The notes under the pieces were generated by a model that searched no databases, had not been told where the DNA came from, and saw only the letters and a program-made list of their open reading frames with translations. This document shows positions 8,734 through 17,273 of a stretch of DNA of 40,715 nucleotides, piece after piece (positions within the stretch are counted from its first letter, which is position 1; each line of letters opens with the position of its first letter). The DNA comes from Verrucomicrobiota bacterium. GTDB lineage: Bacteria > Verrucomicrobiota > Verrucomicrobiia > Limisphaerales > UBA1100. A program made the translations under genes and the position numbers. The DNA is taken from NCBI GenBank assembly GCA_028872645.1, contig JAPKDK010000002.1, positions 1-40,715 on the forward strand, read 5' to 3'.

Positions 8734-9351
8734 ATGGTTCGAATGATTGTATTCCTGATGGCCGCCACCGTGTCTTCATTGGCGGCGGAAAAAGAAACCC
8801 AATGGACGCTGCTCTTTGACGGCAAAACCACGAAAGGCTGGACGCCCCGCGCCAAAGTCGAATCCTTCAAAGCAGTAGACGGCGAACTGCATTTATCCTC
8901 CAAAGAAAACGTGTGGGTCGTGAGCGATTTGCAGATGGGCGATTTCGTGGCGGAACTGGAAGTCAAAATACCGATCGACAACAAAGGCTTCAACTCCGGC
9001 CTTGGCTTCCGGCTCATCGGCGACAAAGGCAAGCCGAAAGGCTACCAATGCGAAATCGACCGCGCCAAGCCCGGCGGCGTTTACGGCATCGGCATGGGCG
9101 GCTGGCTGTATCCGAAAGGCAAAGAGCAAACGGCTGCTTACCAAAAAGAAGTGAAGGGCCTTTTCAAGCCGACGGAGTGGAACCACTTCCGCGTGGAAGC
9201 CAAGGGCCCGCGCATTCGCACGTGGCTCAACGGTAAACTCATCGCCGAGGTGATGCACAAACAATCCCTTAAAGGCCGCTTCGGAATCCAACACCACGGC
9301 AAAGGCGGCACTGTGAAGTTCCGTAACCTCCGTGTGCGGGAAACCAAGTAA
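8734..9351 (+). CDS. Secreted DUF1080 (3-keto-disaccharide hydrolase-like) domain protein
   Basis: 205 aa. Signal peptide MVRMIVFLMAATVSSLAAE. DUF1080 hallmarks WTLLFDGKTTKGW, GYQCEID, WNHFRVEAKG, GRFGIQHHGKGGTVKFRNLRV. Confidence 0.87.
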   Translation: MVRMIVFLMAATVSSLAAEKETQWTLLFDGKTTKGWTPRAKVESFKAVDGELHLSSKENVWVVSDLQMGDFVAELEVKIPIDNKGFNSGLGFRLIGDKGKPKGYQCEIDRAKPGGVYGIGMGGWLYPKGKEQTAAYQKEVKGLFKPTEWNHFRVEAKGPRIRTWLNGKLIAEVMHKQSLKGRFGIQHHGKGGTVKFRNLRVRETK

Positions 9352-9523
9352 AGCCATACAAATCCCCTTGCCATTTCTTCGGGGGCGTGATATCTCGATC
9401 GAGTTCATTAACCACGCTGGACTGGGCAGACAATGCCTGACCCGTTGCAATGCAGGCAGACATGGCACCCAAAAAAGGCCTGCGATTAGTTTGCAATTGT
9501 CTGACTCATATCCAAGAACTGCA

Positions 9524-11821
9524 ATGTCGTTCTTCCAAAACACCAGCCCCGTGCGTACCCGTACGCGTACCCTGTTTTGGCTGGGAGCAATCTTGAGTCT
9601 GATCGGCTTGGGGTGTGAACGCAATTCTCCAACCTCTCCGCCCCCGGCTGTTCAACCGGCTGTGGTAAAAAGGGACAGCCATTCGCAGATGGTGAGTCTG
9701 CTAGCGGACAAGGCCCGTTTGTTTGCGCGGGTGCATCCGATATTGGGTGATGGCAAGGTTCGGGCTTTGCGCGACAAACTCGCCGCGCGGCGAAGTGAGC
9801 CATGGTCGCTGGAGTTGCTGGAGTTGCACTCGCAGCTGGGCCATGCGGAACTCGAACAAGGCCATGCGGCGCGAGCCATAGAACTGTTTGAGGCCGTATT
9901 AAACGGACTCCGCCACCTTGGCCAACAGCGCACACTTCCAACGGCGCTGGAGACGGAGGCCCGCTACAATCTCGGCATCGCGCACATGCGTCGAGGGGAA
10001 ACAATCAATTGTTGTCAGCGCAATTCCCCGGCCAGTTGCCTGCTGCCCATTGGGGCAGATGGTGTACACGTGCAACCGGAACATTCACAACGAGCCATCG
10101 TTCAGTTTATGCGAGTGTTGGAACTGACCAAGCCGGATACTCCCCTGCACTATAAGGCGCGTTGGCTGTTGAATGTGATGCACATGACGGTGGGCACGTA
10201 TCCGAAGGGCGTGCCGGCTACACTGCGTATCGCCCCGGAGGTATTCGCATCAGACGAAACTTTCCCGCGGTTTCCAAACATTGCTCAGTCGTTGGGAATT
10301 GATGCGTTTGATCTGCTTGGCGGCGCGGTGGCGGATGATTTTGACGGGGATGGCGACCTCGATCTGGTGACTTCCACTTATGATTTGACTGGCTCGTTGC
10401 GGTTTTATCGCAATGAGCAAAACGGCACGTTTACCGATCGCACCGAGGCGGCCAATCTGAAGGGCATTGTTGGGGGGTTTAACCTGATGCAGGCCGACTA
10501 CGATAATGATGGTGATTTGGATCTATTGGTGCTGCGTGGCGCCTGGATGGGTCGAATACCCCAACTGCCTAATTCCCTTCTGCAGAATGACGGCCGAGGC
10601 CGTTTCACGGATGTGACCTTCGCAGCCGGGTTGGGCACCGTGCATTACCCGACGCAAACGGCGGCATGGGCGGACTACGATCTGGATGGCGATCTGGATG
10701 TCTTTATCGGCAACGAAAAGCTGGATCGCACGAAGAACGCCCCGTGTCAACTGTTTCAAAATCAGGGCGGCGGCATTTTTGTGGATGTGGCACAACGCGC
10801 GGGAGTTATTAATGACGGTTTCACCAAGGGCGTGACCTGGGGTGATTTCGATGGTGATCGCTGGCCGGATTTGTACGTCTCCAATCTCGGCTCGGACAAC
10901 CGGCTGTATCGCAACAACGGTGATGGTACCTTTACTGATATCGCCCCCGCTGCCGGCGTGACAGGTCCGGCCAAAAGTTTTCCGGTTTGGTTTTGGGATT
11001 TTAATAATGACGGCGCGCTCGATCTCTACGTGAGCAGTTACAATTGGAATGATGGGAATCTAGCCGCGGTGGTGGCCAGCCGATTGGGCCACCCCACAAA
11101 ACTTGATGGAGCACGCCTGTATAAGGGCGATGGCCGCGGCAAGTTTCGGGACGTGGCGCGCGCGCAAAACCTTACGCATCTGACCCTGCCGATGGGGGTG
11201 AATTTTGGGGATCTCGATAACGACGGGTTTTTGGATTTTTACCTCGGCACGGGCTATCCCGAGTACGAAGCGCTCATGCCAAACGTGATGTACCGGAATA
11301 AACGCGGCCACGGCTTTGCCGATGTGACCACGGCTGGCGGCTTCGGGCATCTCCAAAAGGGGCATGGTGTCGTGTTTGCTGATCTGGACCACGATGGCGA
11401 TCAGGATGTTTTCGCCCAAATGGGCGGGTTCTTGCCGGGGGATAAATTTTACAACGCGCTGTTTGAGAATCCCGGGTTTGAAAATAGCTGGATCGCAATC
11501 CAACTCGTTGGCACCCGCTCCAATCGATCCGCCATTGGTGCGCGGATTCACATCGCCATCACCGAGGACGGCCAATCCCGATCCATCTACCGGCACGTGA
11601 ACAGCGGCGGCAGCTTTGGGGCGAATCCACTTCGCCAAACCATCGGCCTCGGTACGGCCAAGCGTATTGATCGGTTGGAAATCTTCTGGCCCACCACCGG
11701 CAAGACGCAGACTTTTCCCAACCTTGCCGCCAACCGGTTTATCCGGATCACCGAAGGCCGGGATGAACTGACCCCGATCGAGTTGAAACCCTTTCGCCTG
11801 AAGGGTTCGGCTAAAAAATGA
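9524..11821 (+). CDS. CRTAC1-family protein: TPR-like N-terminus, FG-GAP/VCBS repeats, ASPIC/UnbV C-terminus
   Basis: Track ORF 9332..11821, with the start moved to ATG 9524 (MSFFQNTSPVRTRTRTLFWLGAILSLIGLGC, signal peptide with an LGC box). At least 7 D-x-DGD-LDL type repeats. C-terminal SNRSAIGARI...GGSFGANP...RIDRLEIFWP. Confidence 0.88.
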   Translation: MSFFQNTSPVRTRTRTLFWLGAILSLIGLGCERNSPTSPPPAVQPAVVKRDSHSQMVSLLADKARLFARVHPILGDGKVRALRDKLAARRSEPWSLELLELHSQLGHAELEQGHAARAIELFEAVLNGLRHLGQQRTLPTALETEARYNLGIAHMRRGETINCCQRNSPASCLLPIGADGVHVQPEHSQRAIVQFMRVLELTKPDTPLHYKARWLLNVMHMTVGTYPKGVPATLRIAPEVFASDETFPRFPNIAQSLGIDAFDLLGGAVADDFDGDGDLDLVTSTYDLTGSLRFYRNEQNGTFTDRTEAANLKGIVGGFNLMQADYDNDGDLDLLVLRGAWMGRIPQLPNSLLQNDGRGRFTDVTFAAGLGTVHYPTQTAAWADYDLDGDLDVFIGNEKLDRTKNAPCQLFQNQGGGIFVDVAQRAGVINDGFTKGVTWGDFDGDRWPDLYVSNLGSDNRLYRNNGDGTFTDIAPAAGVTGPAKSFPVWFWDFNNDGALDLYVSSYNWNDGNLAAVVASRLGHPTKLDGARLYKGDGRGKFRDVARAQNLTHLTLPMGVNFGDLDNDGFLDFYLGTGYPEYEALMPNVMYRNKRGHGFADVTTAGGFGHLQKGHGVVFADLDHDGDQDVFAQMGGFLPGDKFYNALFENPGFENSWIAIQLVGTRSNRSAIGARIHIAITEDGQSRSIYRHVNSGGSFGANPLRQTIGLGTAKRIDRLEIFWPTTGKTQTFPNLAANRFIRITEGRDELTPIELKPFRLKGSAKK

Positions 11822-11914
11822 CTTGGCATACGCGCGAGGTCACCCAGAAAATATATGGCATGGATTCGCCCAACGGCGTGACGCATGCCTTTCTCGCAAG
11901 GACTCAACGGGTGA

Positions 11915-12013
11915 GACCCCAAGCCCAATGGCTACAGCGTTTGGCTAACGGGTGGAGGCACCAAATGCGGCACAGTGAAAATCCGTAACCTGCAAGAGAA
12001 GGAATTGAAATAG
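11915..12013 (+). pseudogene. Possible relic of a second DUF1080 C-terminus
   Basis: The frame ending at TAG 12011-12013 reads DPKPNGYSVWLTGGGTKCGTVKIRNLQEKELK*. Compare GRFGIQHHGKGGTVKFRNLRVRETK* at the end of the intact DUF1080 gene. A TGA lies just upstream and there is no start codon. Confidence 0.3.
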
Positions 12014-12058
12014 CAAAGTGACTCGCGAAATTCCTCTGAATCGTGTATCCTTCCTCTG

Positions 12059-14887
12059 ATGCTAAGTAGACTCACAATTGCGATCATTGCCACTGGCTCC
12101 GGCCTTCAACTAGCCGCCGCCGATCCGGCCGGCACGGAATTCTTTGAGAAGAAAATTCGCCCCGTGCTCGTGAGTGAATGCTACAAATGCCACAGCAAAG
12201 ATGAGAAGGTAAAGGGTGAGCTACGCCTCGACTGGAAAGGCGGTTGGCAAAAGGGTGGAGAATCCGGGGCAACAATTATTCCGGGACGTGTAGGCAAGAG
12301 CCTGCTCATTCAAGCAATCCGTCATGCCGATGCGGACCTAAAAATGCCGCCCAAGAAAAAGCTGAGCGCAGAGCAGATTGCGGATTTCGAGAAATGGGTC
12401 GCCATGGGCGCACCGGATCCACGCACTACCGATGATGCGACTGCCTCGGAAAAGGAACTCAACCTTGAGGCGGCGCGGCAATTCTGGGCTTTTCAGCCGG
12501 TAAGTAAGCCGAGCGTGCCAAAGTTGAAACGGGCCGACTGGGCCTACACCGACATTGACCGCTTCGTGCTCACTGCGCTGGAAGGAAAAGACATCGGGCC
12601 GGTTCAGGATGCGAACAATCTTATTCTGCTGCGCCGGCTGTACTTTGATTTGATTGGTCTGCCTCCAACACCAGATCAAATGTCCGCCTTTGAATCGGCG
12701 GCAGCCAAGGACCGGCAGGGGGCAATCGAAGCTGTGGTGGATGAACTTTTAGCCAGCCCACATTTTGGGGAACGCTGGGGGCGACACTGGCTGGATGTGG
12801 TACGCTTTTCTGAATCCACCGGCGGTGGGCGAACCGCTTTGATGAAGGAAGCGTGGCGCTATCGCGATTACGTGGTCAACGCCTTCAACACCGACAAACC
12901 CTATACTGATTTCATCCGCGAACAAATTGCCGGCGACCTCATCAAAGGCGGTAGTATTGAGCAGCAACGCGAAGAACTCACCGCTACTGCCTTTCTTCTG
13001 CTCGGCCCCACCAACTACGAATTGCAGGACAAAACCGTCCTGGAAATGGATATCGTTGATGAACAGATGGATACCATGGGCAAAGCCTTCATGGCACTGA
13101 CTATTGGTTGTGCACGTTGCCACGATCACAAATTTGATCCCATCCGGACTGAGGACTATTACGGTATGGCAGGAATCTTCAAGAGCACCAAGGCCGTGAT
13201 CCACAGTAACGTGTCTACCTGGAACAAACGTCCACTACCGATGTCACCCGAACAGGAAAAACTTTCAAAGGAACAAACTGTGCAAATTGCGGCCCTAAAA
13301 AAGGAAATTAATAAGCTGAAGAAAAAGACTGTGCCAAAGGCTCCTGCCGCAACTCCGGTTTCAGTGGACAGTTTGCCGGGGATCGTGGTGGATGATTTAC
13401 AAGCGAAACTGAAAGGGGCGTGGACTCGGTCCATCTCCAACAAGGGATACGTGGGCGCAAACTATATCCATGACGGCGCAGCTGATAAAGGAGAGAAGGC
13501 AGTGTCCTACAAAGTAAAAATCCCAAGCGATAGTAAATTTGAGGTGCGTGTTTCCTATACGCACGGCGACAACCGGGACCGCAAGGTGCCTGTGCTTATA
13601 CGTCACGCTGACGGTGAAGTAACTAAATACATCGACCAAACCAAAAAACCACCGATCGACGGTCATTTCATTTCATTGGGGACTTTTGACTTCCTCGCCG
13701 GCGAATGGGAGGCGGCAGTTATTTCAACCAAGGGCACCACACAGCATGTCATTGCCGATGCGGTCCAGTTTCTGCCTGAAGGAGCACCCGTGGCGGCACA
13801 AAAGAAACCCAACCCCGAACAGAAACCTGTAAAACCTAATCCTTCTGCCGACAAAACCAATCTGGCAAAGATGCAAAAGGAGCTGAAGGCACTGGAGAGT
13901 AAGGCCGTAAAACGACCTCAAATTATCGCTGCAGAGGAAGCAGTGAAACCCGGCGACATTCAGATCGCTATCCGCGGCAACGTCCACAATGCAGGCCCAA
14001 AAACCCCGCGGCGTTTCATCCAAGTGCTCAACCAAGGGCCCTTGCCAAAGATTGCACCCAAGGCGAGTGGCCGCATGGAGCTAGCCAACTGGATGGCCAG
14101 TGCTGAACACCCTTTAACTGCGCGCGTGTTTGTTAACCGCGTGTGGCATCATCTCTTTGGCAAGGGCCTGGTCGCCAGCGTCGACAACTTTGGCCATATG
14201 GGGCAACTACCCACCAATCAAGCCCTCCTAGATCATCTGGCCTTACGATTTGTCAAGGAAGGCTGGTCGGTTAAAGAACTGATTCGCGGGATTGTACTTT
14301 CACGTGTTTATCAGTTGAGTTCAGAAACTGGTGCGCAAGCCAAAGTAGATGTGGAAAACAAACTGCACTGGCGGCAAAACCGCCGAAGGCTGCAGGCTGA
14401 AGCAATCCGTGATTCAATCTTATCAGTGAGCGGCCAGCTCAACACGACTGTGGGCGGGGCAACTATAAAGACTGGCACCACAACCGAATATGACTACAAA
14501 TTTGGAGACTCCCGACGTAGCCTGTACACACCGGTCTACCGAAATACGCCCTTAGAAATTCTGGCGGTGTTTGATTTTGCCGATCCCAACCTGGTGGTTG
14601 GCGAACGCACGACCAGCAGCGTACCTACGCAGGCGTTGTACCTGATGAATAATCCATTTGTGAGAACTCAATCCGAAGCCGCGGCAAAGCGTCTACTCAC
14701 AGAAGAACTGATCGACAATGACGCACGCATCAAAAATGCTTACCGACGCACGCTGGGTCGCAACCCAACTTCTTCCGAGCGCGAAATTCTCCTCAAGTTT
14801 CTGGGACAGGAAAAAGACGGAGCGAAGGCCTGGGGCACAATCTTTCACAGCCTCTACGGAAGTTTGGATTTCCGGTTTCTAAACTAA
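12059..14887 (+). CDS. Planctomycete cytochrome c family giant (PSCyt1 + DUF1549/PSCyt2 + inserted beta-sandwich + DUF1553/PSD1)
   Basis: 942 aa with a signal peptide. FFEKKIRPVLVSECYKCHS (CXXCH), LLRRLYFDLIGLPPTPDQ, ASPHFGERWGRHWLDVVRF, CARCHDHKFDP. C-terminal NRVWHHLFGKGLV and LYLMNNPF. Confidence 0.9.
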   Translation: MLSRLTIAIIATGSGLQLAAADPAGTEFFEKKIRPVLVSECYKCHSKDEKVKGELRLDWKGGWQKGGESGATIIPGRVGKSLLIQAIRHADADLKMPPKKKLSAEQIADFEKWVAMGAPDPRTTDDATASEKELNLEAARQFWAFQPVSKPSVPKLKRADWAYTDIDRFVLTALEGKDIGPVQDANNLILLRRLYFDLIGLPPTPDQMSAFESAAAKDRQGAIEAVVDELLASPHFGERWGRHWLDVVRFSESTGGGRTALMKEAWRYRDYVVNAFNTDKPYTDFIREQIAGDLIKGGSIEQQREELTATAFLLLGPTNYELQDKTVLEMDIVDEQMDTMGKAFMALTIGCARCHDHKFDPIRTEDYYGMAGIFKSTKAVIHSNVSTWNKRPLPMSPEQEKLSKEQTVQIAALKKEINKLKKKTVPKAPAATPVSVDSLPGIVVDDLQAKLKGAWTRSISNKGYVGANYIHDGAADKGEKAVSYKVKIPSDSKFEVRVSYTHGDNRDRKVPVLIRHADGEVTKYIDQTKKPPIDGHFISLGTFDFLAGEWEAAVISTKGTTQHVIADAVQFLPEGAPVAAQKKPNPEQKPVKPNPSADKTNLAKMQKELKALESKAVKRPQIIAAEEAVKPGDIQIAIRGNVHNAGPKTPRRFIQVLNQGPLPKIAPKASGRMELANWMASAEHPLTARVFVNRVWHHLFGKGLVASVDNFGHMGQLPTNQALLDHLALRFVKEGWSVKELIRGIVLSRVYQLSSETGAQAKVDVENKLHWRQNRRRLQAEAIRDSILSVSGQLNTTVGGATIKTGTTTEYDYKFGDSRRSLYTPVYRNTPLEILAVFDFADPNLVVGERTTSSVPTQALYLMNNPFVRTQSEAAAKRLLTEELIDNDARIKNAYRRTLGRNPTSSEREILLKFLGQEKDGAKAWGTIFHSLYGSLDFRFLN

Positions 14888-14904
14888 TACGTTAACACTT
14901 CTGT

Positions 14905-15990
14905 TTAACACCCCGCTTTTTTAGCTGCTGGCTTGGAGAAGAGGCTGAAAATCTTTAGGTTGGTGCTATTGGGAGTGTATTGCTCCCGATGTCGTTTCCG
15001 GGCACCATTGCCACTACTCCCTCCGGATACATAGGTGGTAACAAGCAGTTGTCGTCCGTCGGGATGCAAACTGAGGTCGTAGGCAGAGCCGTTCTTGATG
15101 GAATGTAGAGGTTCGGGCGCATCAGTTTCCCAGAAGGTCAACTCAGAGTCAGAGTGAAGAATCTCAGTATGACCGGTCAGGGTACCGTCTTCAAGGAAGC
15201 ACATGGCATTGAAAGGGCCATCGCTCTTACCCTTGATGCGCAGCTCGGTTTTTTGTTTGCCAGTGGCCCAGTCGAAAATCAACACGGTAGGTTTCCCTGG
15301 GCAGAAGGCATTGCTCTTTGCTTCCTTCATGCCTCCGACAGCTAGCAGTTTACTATCCTTATTAAAGGCTAGACTGCGCACGCCGCCAACATCGGCGATG
15401 AAGTTATCCAAGCGCGTATGTAAAATCTTTGCGTCCAATTCACGCTCGAACTTCCAGCTACCGATGCCCCATTGCCGTACGCTGCCGTAGAGATCACCAC
15501 TAACCAGATGTTTGCCATCGGGCGATATGGCTAGGCTAAAGATGCATTCCTTGTGGCCCTCAAGACTCCCAACCGGCTTGCCATTGTCAGCATTCCATAC
15601 CTTGACGATGGCATCATCACCGCCACTGATGAGGAACCGTCCATCAGGCGTGACAATAAGTGCGCGAACGTTGTCTTGGTCAGCAGTGGGGATTGTCCAT
15701 TGCGGACCACCGCCGGCCTCATGGTTCCAGCAGTGGATGACGCCAAGGTAGTCAGCGGTGAACAGTCGTTTTGCTTTCGGGTGGAAAACAAGCGATGACA
15801 CCCACGTCTTGTGCGAGTTAAAAGTCTTTTTCTTTTCGCCATCCAGTTCCCACACGTGCACGAGTTTGTCCTGCCCACCGGCAGCAATGAATCGACCGTC
15901 GGGGCTGAACTGCGCACGAAAGAGCTGTCGGTCGTGCTTCAGCTCGCGAGAGACCCACGCCTTTTTGACATCAAGCACAGGAGTGTTCAC
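14905..15990 (-). CDS. WD40 beta-propeller protein, no signal peptide evident
   Basis: 361 aa. The GTG start overlaps the DUF1501 stop (GTGA at 15987-15990). Repeated blades SPDGRFIAAGGQDKLVHVWE, TPDGRFLISGGDDAIVKVWN, SPDGKHLVSGDLYGSVRQW. Confidence 0.85.
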   Translation of the reverse strand: MNTPVLDVKKAWVSRELKHDRQLFRAQFSPDGRFIAAGGQDKLVHVWELDGEKKKTFNSHKTWVSSLVFHPKAKRLFTADYLGVIHCWNHEAGGGPQWTIPTADQDNVRALIVTPDGRFLISGGDDAIVKVWNADNGKPVGSLEGHKECIFSLAISPDGKHLVSGDLYGSVRQWGIGSWKFERELDAKILHTRLDNFIADVGGVRSLAFNKDSKLLAVGGMKEAKSNAFCPGKPTVLIFDWATGKQKTELRIKGKSDGPFNAMCFLEDGTLTGHTEILHSDSELTFWETDAPEPLHSIKNGSAYDLSLHPDGRQLLVTTYVSGGSSGNGARKRHREQYTPNSTNLKIFSLFSKPAAKKAGC

Positions 15991-17273
15991 TGCATTACCT
16001 CCTTGATGGGTTCGCAGTCGTCATGCGCGATGGCGAGCTTCTGGCCCTTAATACGATAGCGCGTCTTGCGCGGATTGAGACCGAGCAGCGTGAAAATGGT
16101 GTGGAACAGATGCCCAATGTCATAGCCTTCACCGTTAACAAACGCGCCGTCCTTGGTCGTCTCGCCAATAATTGCGCCGCGCTTGATACCGCACCCGGCT
16201 AGAGCAATGCTCCAGCAGTCCGGCCAGTGGTCGCGGCCTAGTCGCGAGTTGATGATCGGCGTGCGGCCGAACTCGCTCATCACAATGACCAGCGTGTGGT
16301 CGAGCATTCCGCGATCTTCAAGGTCATTGATGAGTGCCGCAAACGGTCGGTCGAGCTGCGGGATGAGTCGCTGCGACATGTTGAAATTATCACCATGCGT
16401 GTCCCAGTGATAGCTGTTGACCTTAATGAAGCGCACACCCGCCTCTAGTAACCGTCGCGCCTGCAAGATGTGTCGGCCAAGCGGATGGGTGCCGTAGCGT
16501 TCCTTGTCCTTCGGGTCCATCTTACTGTCATCGAAAATTTCTTTGCGTGCCATCAATTGCCGCGCCATCGCATAGCTCGTCTCGTACGCATCAATCTCAG
16601 ACGCACCGCGATAGGCCTTGAAACGTTCGTTCGCCTTCAAACGCAATGCGTTGCGGGCGGCTTCGACCTCGGCTGAGACGCCATCGGGCCTGTGAATGTG
16701 AATCGGCGGCTTGCCATCACCCAACGCCAACGTGCCGTACTGCGCACCAAGGAAGCCCGCCTCCTTCGCGATAAACCCGCCGTTGCCCGGCTTTATCCAG
16801 AGGTATGGTGGCAAGTTCGGGTTGGCCGGCCCCAGCAACTTGGCGACTGCCGAGCCGAGGTGCGGATATATCACTCCTCGGTCAATGGGGTCGCCCCGTT
16901 GGATGCGCGGCACGCCCGTGGAATGATTCGGGTCCTTCGTTTCCATCGTGCGGATGACGGAAATTTTGTGTGCAATCTTCGCCGTCTCCGGCACCAACTC
17001 GCTGAAGTGCACCCCGGGAATACTCGTCTTGATGCTCCGAAACGGCCCTCCAAATTTGCTCTCCGGCAATGGATGCCAACTCTCATACTGGCTCATGCCG
17101 CCATCGAGCCAGATGAGGCATACCTGCTTGTGCTGTTTTTTAATCTCCGCCGCAATCCCCGGCTGCAACAAGCTTCCAAACCCCACCGCGCCACCCAGCG
17201 TACCCAGCATCTGTCGGCGAGAGACCCCGTGCTCAGTGTTGCCGCAAGCGTGATTGTGCGGGATGTGGTTCAT
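15987..17273 (-). CDS. DUF1501 (sulfatase/alkaline-phosphatase-like) protein with a twin-arginine signal
   Basis: Track ORF 15987..17315, with the start moved to ATG 17273 (MNHIPHNH...SRRQMLGTLGG). That ATG overlaps the upstream stop (ATGA). Motifs WLDGGMSQYESWHP, HWDTHGDNF, MSEFGRTP, GRDHWP. Confidence 0.9.
   Translation of the reverse strand: MNHIPHNHACGNTEHGVSRRQMLGTLGGAVGFGSLLQPGIAAEIKKQHKQVCLIWLDGGMSQYESWHPLPESKFGGPFRSIKTSIPGVHFSELVPETAKIAHKISVIRTMETKDPNHSTGVPRIQRGDPIDRGVIYPHLGSAVAKLLGPANPNLPPYLWIKPGNGGFIAKEAGFLGAQYGTLALGDGKPPIHIHRPDGVSAEVEAARNALRLKANERFKAYRGASEIDAYETSYAMARQLMARKEIFDDSKMDPKDKERYGTHPLGRHILQARRLLEAGVRFIKVNSYHWDTHGDNFNMSQRLIPQLDRPFAALINDLEDRGMLDHTLVIVMSEFGRTPIINSRLGRDHWPDCWSIALAGCGIKRGAIIGETTKDGAFVNGEGYDIGHLFHTIFTLLGLNPRKTRYRIKGQKLAIAHDDCEPIKEVMQ

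Noticed and set aside
9551-9572. CGTAC-rich stretch with the perfect 10-nt palindrome GTACGCGTAC (9561-9570).
   Set aside because: It lies inside the CDS and simply encodes the VRTRTRT n-region of the signal peptide. Nothing suggests a separate function.
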